Shown here in pieces: positions 1 to 13,152 of a DNA stretch of 64,000 bases. Position 1 is the stretch's first letter; every line of letters starts with the position of its first letter. The stretch is taken from NCBI RefSeq assembly GCF_006345805.1, contig NC_043000.1, forward strand, positions 157,356,001 to 157,420,000. Reading direction: 5' to 3'. Both the position numbers and the translations under genes were made by a program. Origin of the DNA: Octopus sinensis (Eukaryota). The notes beneath the pieces were generated by a model. The model saw only the letters and a list, made by a program, of their open reading frames with translations. It was not told where the DNA came from and searched no databases.

Positions 1-406
1 TTAACATAATTTCTAAGTAATCAAAACAAAATTTAAACTTCGTATACTGGTAGAATGTGTTTATAAAACATCTTTTTCTCTTAGCTTTATTGAGAAAATT
101 CTATAGTTTGTAAGATATTTGTTTTTTTTCTTCAATTTCTGTAATTTCAATCAATCAGTGACGTCCATTGAGGTAAACAACATTCTGTGCTGTATGAATA
201 TGTCCCTCGTTTAACAAACAGATTGGGTTTATTTACATTTGTGAAGAAAAAAAGATACCCTTCCCCCCACCCCTAACCCTAACCCTAACTAACCCTATCT
301 CTAAAATAGATTGCAATGCAATAGATCGATACTAGGGTCATAATTATGGGTGACAATTTCATATGACACCGCTAGAAAAAACTGCCGTTCAAACCGAAAA
401 GATCCC
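1..406. repeat. Probable interspersed repeat with a telomere-like (CCCTAA)n tract at 271-297
   Basis: ccctaaccctaaccctaactaacccta inside otherwise complex sequence. It may continue beyond the window edge. Class not determined. Confidence 0.4.
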
Positions 407-537
407 CGTGTATCCTTAGGGAACGTTTTGTACGTCTCCTAATGGTGAATGGAAAGAGGACCTAGCCGACATGTGGAGCAGTAACTTATCCATAAAGCGA
501 AGCAAGATATGTCTGCTATCTGGAGCAAGGGTAAGGC

Positions 538-568
<31 letters not shown>

Positions 569-2089
569 AGGAGAGAGAGGGAGGGAGGGAGAGAGAGTGA
601 GAGAGAGAGAGAGAGAGAGAGATCCCACCATCGGCATGTACTGTATTACATAAGTCAATATAATACTGTAGTGACAATCAAGGCGTTGAAAACTATATTG
701 ATAGCGACCCTGAATCAAATGTCGTGAGTGTCCAATCCCAGAAATACTTACGAACACCTATAAGTGTGTCAACTTTGAATACGAGTAATGGTAAACGGAC
801 AGAAAGCAGGTAAGCAAATGTAAGAGAAAGAGCCATCTCCATGCACTGGCATTCATAGTTTATTGCTAAAAAAAAAATGAAGAACTGATGGAAGACTTAG
901 AACATCTCTATAAATATTCAGTGGCAAATTCAGTCCAGACTCTCGAGGAGGTAATATTCGATTACGAAGAAACTACAAAAGACTTGGTTCTTGCAAAAAA
1001 CCTAAGGATAAGGATACGAAGTTTTCGTGTAAGCCATTCTGAGGACGTGGGTCATTCTTTTTTACGACCTTAAAATTATCATGCATATTTTTTGGGGAAC
1101 AGAAAGTTAAGTAGGCTAAGAAACTAGAAAAATGGCAGACGGAAATTGTAAATGAATTTTCAGTTAATGATTTTCAAATATTACTCAGAACTCCAAAATC
1201 ATCCCACAATAAAGAATGCCCTTCCCCACAAGAAAAAAAAGCAACCCAAAGAGCAAACAAAAGATTCAAGTAAATGTATGTTGAGTGATAGATGAAGGGA
1301 TTAGGAATAGAACAGAAATGTTACCGTGAGGTACAGAAGCGATGAAAGTTTATGAAGTCAAACTCTCTCTTTATTTTTTCCTTCAGTTCCATTTCAGTTT
1401 TCCTTTTTGGACTCTCCTCTCTCTATTTTATTCCAGTTCTTATTCTCTCCTCCTCACACTCTCTCTCTCTTCGTCCCTCTATCTTACGCAAAGAATCACA
1501 AGCAAATGCCTTTTAATATATGTCACACGACAATGTATCGATAGCGTATATATTATTTGTAGAAAATATTCAGATATAATCCTCGAAGCAAATTGATAGT
1601 TGTTATTAAAGGTTTGAAATACATGTATATACATGCGCTGTGTGTGGGTGTGCGTGTGTGTGTGTGCATGTTTCTCTCTCTCTCTCTCTCTCTGTGTGAT
1701 ACGGCCGCATGCAGATTAAAGTTCCATTCCATAGGCTTCTTACAGAAACCTAGCTTGTCGAGCAGTTAGCCGAATGGAGAGATGCAGGAAGTTCAAGATG
1801 GCTGCTGGAAACTGGGCAGCTATTAAGCGGTTCACGTGGTGTTATTAGAAATGAGATTGACATTTCAGCGACATTGAAAAGAAAAAAATCTCTTGGACTG
1901 CGCGTCTGGACAAGAAGATAGTCTCACTTTGTGCCAAAATTTGAAACCAATATATCAAAATTTGTCTATATGATGAAATATCTCTCCGACAGTAGATCGA
2001 TTTTTATTCTGAAGAAATTATGACTTTTCAAAACTTTTTCAATTTCTGGTTGTATCCTCTTGAGTAGGCGTGAATTATACACTTTTGCG

Positions 2090-2478
2090 GTGGTGGCTGC
2101 ATAAGTGACGACTCAGTAGATCTTTGTAGCTGTATTGCAGATGCCTAACTAAATATCATTGAATTCTACTATTTTCTAGACTTCAGGTGGAATGTAATCC
2201 AGCCCAATAGCCACTTAGATCTTGTTCTTAAGGACTTCTTTCACTTTATCAATGGTAAAATCTACAGTTATGATATAAAAGGTGTGGTCAATAATATATG
2301 TTAAATCTGTATCAGAAATTGGGGTATGTTCATAAGCAAATTTTGAAAATGTTCCCTCCATTTTTCTAAGGGTTTCTGGGGATAGCTAAATTAAATATTA
2401 GTTATTTTGGAGACTTTGCACCTGCTTATTTCGTTTACTCTCTGCTAGGCTAATGATCTACACTTATATCAACCTCAA
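2090..2478 (-). mobile_element. Highly decayed RTE-like LINE fragment (region before the RT domain)
   Basis: Minus strand gives LEKWREHFQNLL (~2340-2370) and FTIDKVKEVLK..GLDYIPPEV*K..FNDI (~2150-2250), with stops. Confidence 0.6.
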
Positions 2479-2519
2479 AACACACATACACACACACATA
2501 GACACACACACACACACAT

Positions 2520-2558
<39 letters not shown>

Positions 2559-2585
2559 CAGGTTGTATATATGTATGTATATATG

Positions 2586-2638
<53 letters not shown>

Positions 2639-2665
2639 GTCTGTCTGTCTGTCTGTCTGTCTGTC

Positions 2666-2717
<52 letters not shown>

Positions 2718-3226
2718 CTCTATCTATCCCTCTATGAATATGTATGTAAACTGAGGTTGTATGTATATATATATATATATATGTAAATTTAAAAAATAGG
2801 ATAAAATCTTGAAAAGAAATTATCAAGTAGTTAGCGTGAAAAACCTCATAAGAGAAAAAAATCTGTAAATTTTTTCACTTGAAAATATTTATTTACATTA
2901 TATAGAGGGCATTATTACACATAAATGCCGCACGCTAGGAGGGACTTTTAAAGTCATAACTACCAAATATAAACAAATCGTACCGAATGCAATTCTCGAA
3001 GCGAGTCATTTAAAAACAGAATTTAGCTATAGATCACCTGTGATTTCGCAATCAACGCAGTATCTGCGTTCCTTGCTCGTCAGTACAGCGAATTCAAGAT
3101 ATATAATGAATGAACAAACCAACATACCAGACAGACAACTGTCGCATCCATCGTAGCATATGGAACTGTTCGAGAATTCGAGAATTGCATTCGGGACGAT
3201 TTGTTTATAATTGGTAGTTATGCCCT

Positions 3227-3297
<71 letters not shown>

Positions 3298-4038
3298 CAT
3301 ACATACATATATACATATATATACAATAAATATACAAATGAAAAACAACAAAATCAATTAAACGTACACATTGAATATATTAAATTGACCTTCAGGGAAA
3401 ATTTTAGATGGAAGAAAAGAAGAAATGACGTTTCGAGCATGGCTTTTCGTCGGAGAGAGGAGGAAAAGGAGGAAGGAGCAGATAATCTGGAAAAAAGCAC
3501 GTGCCAGTATAGGTGCACGCGTGCGTGTCTTTGCGTTTGTGTGTGTTTATCTTCCACCACCGTTTGACAACCGGTGCCGGATTGTTTATGTCCCCGTAAC
3601 TTAGCGGCTCAGCCAAAGAGAACGATAGCTTATGTAACAGGCTTAAAAAAAAGCACAGGGGTCGATTTGTCTGACTAAACTGCTATCTAGTAACTGAAGA
3701 GATAAAAAGAATTATTCCCTGCCATCAGAGAAGAGAAGGAGCTGACGATACAGAATAATGTTATCCTAGATACACTATGCCAGAGAAAAAAAAAAGGATG
3801 GTCACGACTGGAACACCAGTTATCATTGTTCTGTCCAATCAGGCTTGACCAGGGTTAACACAACAACAGCTTTTGCTTAATAGACAACAGAAAAAGAAAA
3901 GAAAAAGTTGATAAAAACGGTAGATGCAGCAGAAAGCCACAAACTGCAATTTGTATCATCTTTCTAGATGATACAACATCAGTAATGCTTATAACAAAGG
4001 AAAAGAGATAGAAGAGAAATGTCAGAAATAGAACAGAA

Positions 4039-4116
<78 letters not shown>

Positions 4117-5828
4117 TAGAGAGAGAGAGAGCAATAGAGATGAGAGAGCAATAGAGATGAGAGAGCTATAGAGAAGAGAAAGAGTGAGAGAGAGTTAGGG
4201 AAGAGGGACAGAGAAGTGAAGAAACGCGGGAGATGTAGAGGAGAGAGAGACAGTGAGGTAGAGAAGAGTGAGGGAGTAAAGTAGCGGAAGAAAGAGGGAG
4301 GAGGTTTCAGTATGCATATAAATTATATAAATAGAGAGGTATTCAAGGGAAAGTGAAGCGAAGCTTATACGTGCAACGAGGAAGATCAATGGCGGCTTCA
4401 TAGAAGTCGAAACATATTCAAGAATGGAAAAAGAAAGGAAGGAAAAAAAACACAAATAAAGAAAAAGAAGCAATGAAAGAACAAATATGAGAAAACATGT
4501 TGCATGGGCAGTTTGTCAAGCAAACATGTAGTAGGAGAGGAAGTGTATGCTTGGCTGAAAGATAGAGCACAAAAAAGGGAGAGAATATCACTTATGGTTG
4601 CACAAGAACAAACGATTTGATCAAAACGTTTTATAACGCTGCCGGAAACCGACAAGATAGTGTCGGGTGTGTTGCAGAGTATACAAAAATGCCATTCATT
4701 TCGTGTGTAAATATAGAAAATGGTACAAAAATGAATACAAAAAAAGATAACATTTTCGGGCAAGGGAAAAAATACACTAGAGGGGTTATTAGAAAATTTG
4801 GAATCAAAGTAGATGAAAGATGTTACCAGCGCTAGCCAGAAGCTGGGATTGAAAATGTCAAATTGGAATATACTATGATATTTTTCTGAAAAATATACAA
4901 TTTTAGGATACTATACATTCGTAGAGGCACGCCGAAAAAAAAAACCTCTAAGCTCAAAAGTATCTGGAATTGTTCTCTTAGAAGAGATAACTTTGCAACA
5001 CCCAAATGAAAATTATTTCTCTTACTATAGGAATATGAAAATCTGTTGATTAATGTTTAGGGAGTTGGGCTTACAATCGTAAGCTCGTAGGTTCGATTCC
5101 TGAACCCGGTAGCAAATTTTCTTTTAGTAACGCGCTTCGTTTTACGTTACACCAGCATACTCAGATTAGATAAATACCAGCCAAGCGCATACAAGCCTCT
5201 TTAACTGTCGCATTCAGGAACTTTCCATGGGTCAAGGGTATAAAAATCCAGAAGCTACGTCTGCTACATTGGCACCTAAATCAATGAACGAAAGCACGGC
5301 ACAAGTTGCTAAGCCATACTCAATTACGTAGTTGTTTAGAATTACTGGATGTGAACTAAAAGAGTTGTTCTTGAGATTCAAGTTACGATGGAGGCAGTTG
5401 AAATGCAGAAATACAAAAAAGAAAAACAAACAAACATGTCACCCAAATCTTGAGACGTACTTTTTGACATGGCTGTTATCAGAATTTCTAACAAGAATTA
5501 CCAAACTTTATCACAAAGCTATAGATTTTCAAACAAGGCATGTTGGCGATATTCAATGTCGCCTCAGTAAAGTTAACCTTGGCAATATTTCAACTCAGAA
5601 TATAGGCTAGTGAAATTGAATACTGTTAAAAGCACCTTGTTGCTACACAAATCATTATAATTTTCAAATGTTTTTTTTTTTAACAAATATGAACGTTCAC
5701 AAATAGACTATACTGGCTAACAGTTAGTCCAGGCTTTATCTATTTGTAGGGAACACACACAGTTTCACGTATCGGATATCTCCAGTACAGAAATTTGAAC
5801 AACTGATAGCTACTTCACTCATTACGCT

Positions 5829-5875
<47 letters not shown>

Positions 5876-5876
<1 letters not shown>

Positions 5877-6287
5877 TTTACTCTTTTGCTTGTTTCTGTC
5901 ATCTGACTGTGGCCATGCTGGAGCACCGCCTTTAGTCGAACAAATCGACCCCAGGACTTATTCTTTGTAAGCCTAGTACTTATTGTATCGGTCTCTTTTG
6001 CCGAACCGATAAGTTACGAGAACATTAAACACACCAGCATCGGTTGTCAAGCAATGCTAGGGGGACAAACACAGACACACAAACATATACACACACATAC
6101 ATACATATATATATATACATATATACGACGGCTTCCTTCAGTTTCCGTCTACCAAATCCACTCACAAGGCTTTGGTCGGCCCGAGGCTATAGTAGAAAAC
6201 ACTTGCCCAAGGTGCCACGCAGTGGGACTGAACCCGGAACCATGTGGTTGGTAAGCAAGCTACTTACCACATAGCCACTCCTACGCC
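5876..6287 (-). mobile_element. tRNA-derived SINE family A, full length
   Basis: Reverse complement of the copies at 41494 and 60722: A/B-box-like head, ccttgggcaagtgt CORE-like segment, internal microsatellite, tail ggcggtgctccagcatggcc. Confidence 0.9.
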
Positions 6288-7121
6288 TATTTTGTCTAGA
6301 ATTTTTCGAAATGTCAAACAATGTACTGAGCTTAACTTTAGAATTGTTAATGGGCAGTGAGATCGATGAGCGTGAAGGCCAGTCAAAACTTCGTAGGTCA
6401 ATATATGTAAGGAAATGACGGGGAAAATAAGATGCTTAAAGATTAATAGTCCTGGAGAAGAAAGATTGTTGAAAGTGTTTAGTATAAGGTCTGGAAATGA
6501 GAAAGAGAGAGTGAATGAGAGAGAGAGAGTGAATGAGAGAGAGAGAGAGAGAGGTGGGGAGAGGGAGAGAGCAAAAGAAATGATCTATGTAAGACTGCTG
6601 TATATTGATACACAATAACAAGCACTATTTACTTATTTTGCGAATATTTATATAAATCCTCTGCGTTACTGCAGCTTGGTACATACAAATTTCCCAAATA
6701 CTAACAACTAGTGAATTGCAGTTCGAAGAGTTTAAGAAATTTAACAAAATTCTCTTCTGAAACATTAAAAGAATATCTATAATCGCTCTAAATTTAGACG
6801 CTTCAAGTAGTGTTTGGCTCAGAATCTTGTCTACCTTATTAGCACTTTCCGGACCAAACATCAACAAATGATAGTCGCCCGGAACTTTATAACATTATAT
6901 TATTTCAAGACACATGACTGAAAAATTATGCTGCACGTAAAGATATATAAAATATGATTTTCGGTAAAAAAAATAGTAGTAATTCATTAATCATATTTTG
7001 ATTATATTTGAAATTCAATTCTTCGTGGAATACAATGTGCGGCAAATATTTGATTAAAATATTTCTATTTTGCTAAATCATCTAGCTCAAAGTAAAAAAC
7101 AAATGAAGGAAAAAAAATATT

Positions 7122-7176
<55 letters not shown>

Positions 7177-7182
<6 letters not shown>

Positions 7183-7374
7183 TATATAGAAGGAGCTTCT
7201 ACAGGACTAGAACTGTTTCATTCAAGAGAAATCTTCAGGAAGCTTCCTGAAGATTTCTCTTGAATGAAACAGTTCTAGTCCTGTAGAAGCTCCTTCTATA
7301 TAATAAATTAATTTTACTCTACTATGTATTGAGTACCTTATTTACTGTGGTTAACCCCGAATCAACCCGGGACC

Positions 7375-7378
<4 letters not shown>
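7177..7378. mobile_element. Short Penelope-like-element-type remnant with an inverted terminus, set in (TA)n
   Basis: Perfect palindrome 7177-7308 plus a ~70-bp unique tail, (TA)n on both sides, and a hammerhead motif. The Penelope assignment is inferred from architecture only. Confidence 0.55.
7241..7291 (+). ncRNA. Type I hammerhead ribozyme motif (mirror copy on the minus strand, 7194-7244)
   Basis: Stem I agcttc/gaagct (6 bp), core CUGAAGA 7247-7253, stem II uuc-ucuu-gaa closed by U.U, GAA 7266-7268, stem III ACAG/CUGU, cleavage triplet GUA 7283-7285. Confidence 0.6.
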
Positions 7379-7419
<41 letters not shown>

Positions 7420-7511
7420 TCGTGTGTGCATGTATGTGTTTGTTCGTATATGTGTGTATGTGTATGTGTGTGTATGAGTCTGTGAATGCGTGAGTAAGTG
7501 CAAACGCCCAT

Positions 7512-7855
7512 ATTTTATTTTTCTAGTTTCAGCTCAGAGCTGCGGCTATGCTGATGCACCGCCGTTTTGTGCTACACTGTTATTACGACGAACCTCGTCT
7601 AATATGTGGCACTTGGTGAAGAATGGAGTTTGATACAGCTACTCTCATTTGCACCTCTTGCCGTGAGGTAGGTTCATCTGGGACTCTTGACAGGAAGATG
7701 TCCAGCTTTAATTTAAAAACCGCTACATCTACTTTGTGCAAGTTCCTCAGACTCTTTGGGAGAATATTAAAAAGCTGTGGGCCCTTGAAACCCAGGCTGT
7801 TGCAGAAGCTGGTCCTGAAGCGTGATGGCATTGCTGGGATCTTTGGCATTATGCA
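7512..7855 (-). mobile_element. 3' end of a CR1-group LINE
   Basis: ORF 7583-7849 KGPQLFNILPKSLRNL..VFKLKLDIFLSRVPDEP matches the CR1-type ORF2 C-terminus (FNxLP..FK..LD.FL..VPDxP), followed by a short 3' UTR. Confidence 0.8.
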
Positions 7856-8105
7856 TATGTTTATATATTTATATCTAAGTAAAAGATAAAATGGTTTCGT
7901 CAGAGGGTAGATAAAGAATAGTGACTTCAGTCAAAAGAAAAATGAGCTGTGTTCACTGCATGTTGTTCGTTTTTCGACTTGCGTTCATTTAAGTCTGTAT
8001 TCCTTTTCCTTGTCTTTTGGTCTTTCTTCTTTTACCTCTCTAACCGTTTCTGCATTCCAGCCATTTTTTACCCTCACTCACCCTCTCTCGCTATATATAT
8101 ATATA

Positions 8106-8155
<50 letters not shown>

Positions 8156-8200
8156 ATACATATTAATGTATACATATATATATGAGAGAAGCCTGTCGTA

Positions 8201-8280
<80 letters not shown>

Positions 8281-8492
8281 AAGTGACATTTGCTTGGGTA
8301 CGACGGTGAGTGTTTCAGTTGATAAGGTCGACGGAAACCCTGTTCATGAAATTACCGTAAGTGGCTGAGCACTCCACAGACACGCCTAACAGTTCTCTGT
8401 GAGATCCTGTGTAACGCACCGAATGTCACAAGGCTCCCCCTTTGAAATGCACTTACTACTCATGGACTGGCGTAACGTGTAATGAAGTGGTT

Positions 8493-8529
<37 letters not shown>

Positions 8530-8774
8530 TAAATATCTATCTATCAATCAATCGATATATCTACACACACACACATATTTGGTCTGTGTGCGTGTTTGTG
8601 TATATGCGTATGCATAATTACTTTCCAATTAACGCAAGCAGACTAATTTCTTGGCATGCGCGTATGATTATGAAGTTATTAATAGACAAATATAATACAG
8701 TGAAAGACCGGCCGCGTAAAAGTAATGCAATTCTATGTTCGATTCCCACTAGACTTTCTCACCAATTCATCTCT

Positions 8775-9059
8775 CTTAATCTCTATATTTATGGACACTT
8801 TCATAAATATGTAGCAGGCATGTGAGCTTAAATATACATATATATACATATGTGTATATATATATGTATGTATGTCTATATCTATATGTATATATATATA
8901 TATATATAAATAAGTATATGCATATATATGTACATATATACAAGTGTATATATATGCATATATATGTATATATATGTGTATATATATATGTACATATATA
9001 TGTGTATATATATGTATATATATATATATGTATATATATATGTATATGTGTATATACAT

Positions 9060-9104
<45 letters not shown>

Positions 9105-9208
9105 ATATATGCACACATAGATACTCATGTACACGCGCACACAGCTTGTTAACTCAAACTCTGATAAAATGAATTCTTATATGAAATAAAACGTTTATTT
9201 GTATATAC

Positions 9209-9239
<31 letters not shown>

Positions 9240-9330
9240 TATGTATACATATACATGCATGTATATGATATTTTCAATGCACATACGTACTCACACATAC
9301 GCACGCACATATGCATGTACATATGTAAGA
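8775..9330. repeat. Long compound (TA/CA/TG)n microsatellite, representative of dozens in the window
   Basis: Seen directly. Other large arrays: 2480-2780, 3225-3325, 4025-4110, 8090-8280, 9965-10140, 11570-11815, 12430-12520, 33560-33700, 39760-40180, 48958-49040, 51600-51870, 52185-52500, 58480-58610, 63240-63740. Confidence 0.95.
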
Positions 9331-9965
9331 ATATATGAATATGTATTTATTGAGCGAATCTTATTAATAATGTAATCTAATTAATATCTATTAACTGACC
9401 GGGAATTTGAAAATGAAAGATCAATTAATCAATTAATGATTTTTTCATTTATCAGATGAAAGCGTGTTAGCGTCAATTGATTGTCTTTTCATTCGTAATG
9501 AGAAGTATCCATCAATTGTTGATTAAACGTTTTGACATCGAGTGAGGAGGAAAAATGGAAGTTTTTCACTTCAAGTAGGAGAATCGTAAATGTAAGTTGT
9601 AATAATCGAAACCAAAATTACTTCGATCAGATATTCACGAACGGAAACTCTCGAACCACGCTGCATGGTATAAACGTATTCTATTTTGATGTGCTTTGAT
9701 TAGATGTAAAACCAATTTAGTAAATCGAGCGGACATATAGTTGTTGCTTATGGTAGTCACAGGTCAGCCATGATTGAACATGTTTCTGAGCATGACCTGA
9801 CATGGGAATCTCCGAGCTAAATTTCGCGCCTAGGCGCTTCAATTGTATCTCGCCCCTTCAAGGAACCCGCTGGTCAAATCGTACAATTTCAGCGTGAGCT
9901 GATGTTACACTTCCCCACATAAAGTAACAAACAATTCGTTGCCTTCTTCAGCAATGTGCACTCCA

Positions 9966-10013
<48 letters not shown>

Positions 10014-10022
10014 GTCTGTCTA

Positions 10023-10061
<39 letters not shown>

Positions 10062-10074
10062 GTCTATCTATCTG

Positions 10075-10141
<67 letters not shown>

Positions 10142-11760
10142 GCCTGTTTGTCTGTCTGTATGTCTGTCTATCTGTTTGCCCGTCCCTCCGTTCATCCAAC
10201 TACCCATCCACCCATTTATCTAATCTACTTTCCCAACATCTTTAGGGAGATGTCATCTTCATCCAACTTAGAAAACCTTGTTTGTTACAGTACAAAAACA
10301 CTATCACTGCATATCAAGGAAATAATCTTACTGCCTATCCTCCGTAGTTTTGGCCAAAACGCAATTAAAGTCCTCTATGTTGCCACATATTTTATGATTC
10401 CTTAATTAGTCACCCTCTGATCTTTACGTGCTTCAACAGACTTCCCTTTGTTACAAGTATTTGGGTTGGGTCCGGAAGCCGAGGATAAATCGCGAAGGAT
10501 CTGAAAAAAACAGAGTCGATTAAACAGTAAACACGAATAATAACTGTTTACTAAAGAATGTTCTGAAATATTGAAGGCTAAGACAGTTTATCCGTCTCTC
10601 CAAAACTTAAACAAGACCCACATTAGAATACAATTTTCACACCAGGGGTAGTGTTGCTCTATTTATTCACAGATCCGAGTTCGCATCCATAAGAAAGTCA
10701 TCTACTGATTTTCGATTCTTTAGTCACTCGGTTTTCGCTGTCACCAATCTTTCTCTTTTTTATCGCTTGTTTATCGCATCTACTCGGAAAGAATTAGTAG
10801 CACACCAGCTCCCCCTAGGTATACGCAACACGCCAAACTTACGTCGTCTTTAATGTGTTGTTACTAACCAGGCTTCACACTAGATCCCTCGCACAGTTCT
10901 TCTTCCCCAGGGCGTCAAACCTCGCAGTCTCCTTTCTCTTCTCTTCTCTCATAAACGAATTGAAATTTGATCAACGAACGACGAGCAAATTTGCATGTGT
11001 ATAATTGATAGGGAACTCATTGGATTAGCGAGCTGAAATTTGAACGACAAACCACAAGTAGACTGAACATGCGTATAATTGTTCGGAGAGCATATACGAA
11101 CGGCACGCTATAGTGTTGGTAGCAAATTGTGTCGCCAACAGTTTTTCTGAGGAAAATTATTCAATCAACAAGCTGAAATTTGAAGAGCAAACCGCTACGT
11201 ACACTTTTAAGTGGGCGAGAGAGCTGCACAAACGACTCGTTAATGTCCTTGCAGGCATTGCATTTCATGTAGCTTGCAAATTAGGTGTGTGTATGAGCAC
11301 TTGCACTTAATTGCAATTTTGATTTCTTTGACTTGATTGTGCACAAAATTTCTTTCAAACATTTCGACGATATTAAGCGAAGTGAATTTGTGTTAATAGA
11401 CAAAACAAACATTTCGGAGGTTTCAGTATGCTTGGGGCATTCCCCACATGATAATGTACAACACCTGCTTTGAAATAAGGGGATTCATTTCCTTACTTAG
11501 GAACGTATTGCTTCCCAAGAAAATAAAAGTGGTAAATCTATCTGAAAGTATCACGTGATAAAATGCAGGCAGGAATGTATGTATGTATGCATGCATGTGT
11601 ATATGTATGAGTATATGTATGAATATGTGTACGAATGCATGTATGCATGCTTGTAGATATGCATATATGTATGTATATATTTATACATAGATGTATGTAT
11701 GCATATATATATATATATATAGATGTATATATATACACATATAGTGTATGTGTGTGTATG

Positions 11761-11793
<33 letters not shown>

Positions 11794-12423
11794 ATATATA
11801 TATATATACATGTATTATGTAACATATGGTATAATTATAAACGCTGTAAATGTTTAGCCATTTCTCCGCACACTATACTATATGTGTGTATATACATAAT
11901 ATGCACTATACCATAATATGATTTAATACACAGATATGCACACACATATATTACCTGGTATCGAAATTGGGTAGCAGACTCTGCTTGCCTAGAGCACTAC
12001 TTATTCCTCGTTGGCATTTGCCCAGACAGACATATGAATTACTAAAATGAAATTACTGACAAATCAACAGTCAAGATTTAATTGGCAAACTTCTGCACGT
12101 TTAGTTCGTTTGAAGTTCTCTTCTACACCTTTTTGTAATTCTATGATGAAATTCGTTTAATTGTCATGATCGATAGGTTTCGTCAAACTTCATCAATATA
12201 TGATCGATAAGTTTCGTCTCTTATCATCAACACATTGTAAGTATTTACAGAGAAAATACAATAATAAAACACGTAGGGAATTTCGGGAAGAATCAGACGC
12301 ATTTATTTTAATCCCCGTTCTCTGTGTTCTATCAAATTTCCATTTTTCTCTTTGTATATTTAATAGTTTTATATTTCTTGATACATTGATACACGCACGC
12401 ATACACGCATACGCACACAGACA

Positions 12424-12521
<98 letters not shown>

Positions 12522-12730
12522 CAAGTTAATAACGAACAGAAAGAAAAGCTCAACACAAAACGTAGATAATGAATTCATTAATGGAATTTACATTATATTT
12601 TTATTAGCAGTAATTTGATGCTGGCGGATTAGCTAGAATTTTAAACGAGAACCTATAAAAGTGACACACTGGCGTTAAGGCTGGCGAGAAGATACACTCA
12701 CACACACAGGCGCGCACATATATATTTTAT

Positions 12731-13110
12731 GGAGGCACAATGGCTCAGTGTGGTCAGGGCAGCGGACTCGCGGTCGTAGGATTGCGGTTTCGATTCCCAG
12801 ACCGGGTGTTCTGAGTGTTTACTGAGCGAAAACACCTAATGCTCCATGAGGGTCCAGCAGAAGGTGGCGGCAAACCCTGCTGTACTCTTTCACCACATCT
12901 TTCTCTCACTCTTTCTTCCTGTTTCTGTTGTACATGTATTTTAAAGGGCCAGCCTTGTCACACTCTGTGTCACGCCGAATCTACCCGGATCTACGTTAAG
13001 GGTACACGTATCTGTGGAATGCTCAGATACTTACCTGTCAATTTCAGGAGCAGGCTGTTCCGTTGATCGGATCAGCTGGAACCCTTGTCGTCGTAACCGA
13101 CGGAGTCCCC
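12731..13110 (+). mobile_element. tRNA-derived SINE family F
   Basis: Head ggaggcacaatggctcagtg..ggtttcgattccc. Its 3' part recurs inverted at ~8290-8460 (gtggctgagcactccacagacacg) and its 5' part at 29891. Confidence 0.8.
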
Positions 13111-13111
13111 A

Positions 13112-13145
<34 letters not shown>

Positions 13146-13152
<7 letters not shown>

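Noticed and set aside
2187-2254. Apparent plus-strand mini-exon between ttcAG and Gtaaaa
   Set aside because: The same bases are better explained as minus-strand RTE-like remnant.
5232-5610. Short ORFs on both strands
   Set aside because: No motif recognised and no exon boundaries supported.
11420-11570. Possible Penelope GIY-YIG C-terminus (LSKEMNPLISK)
   Set aside because: Similarity too weak to support by eye.
12731-12810. SINE heads as functional tRNA genes (also 29891, 43519, 56745-56815)
   Set aside because: A/B-box-like motifs are present, but there is no acceptor stem and each continues into a repeated SINE body.
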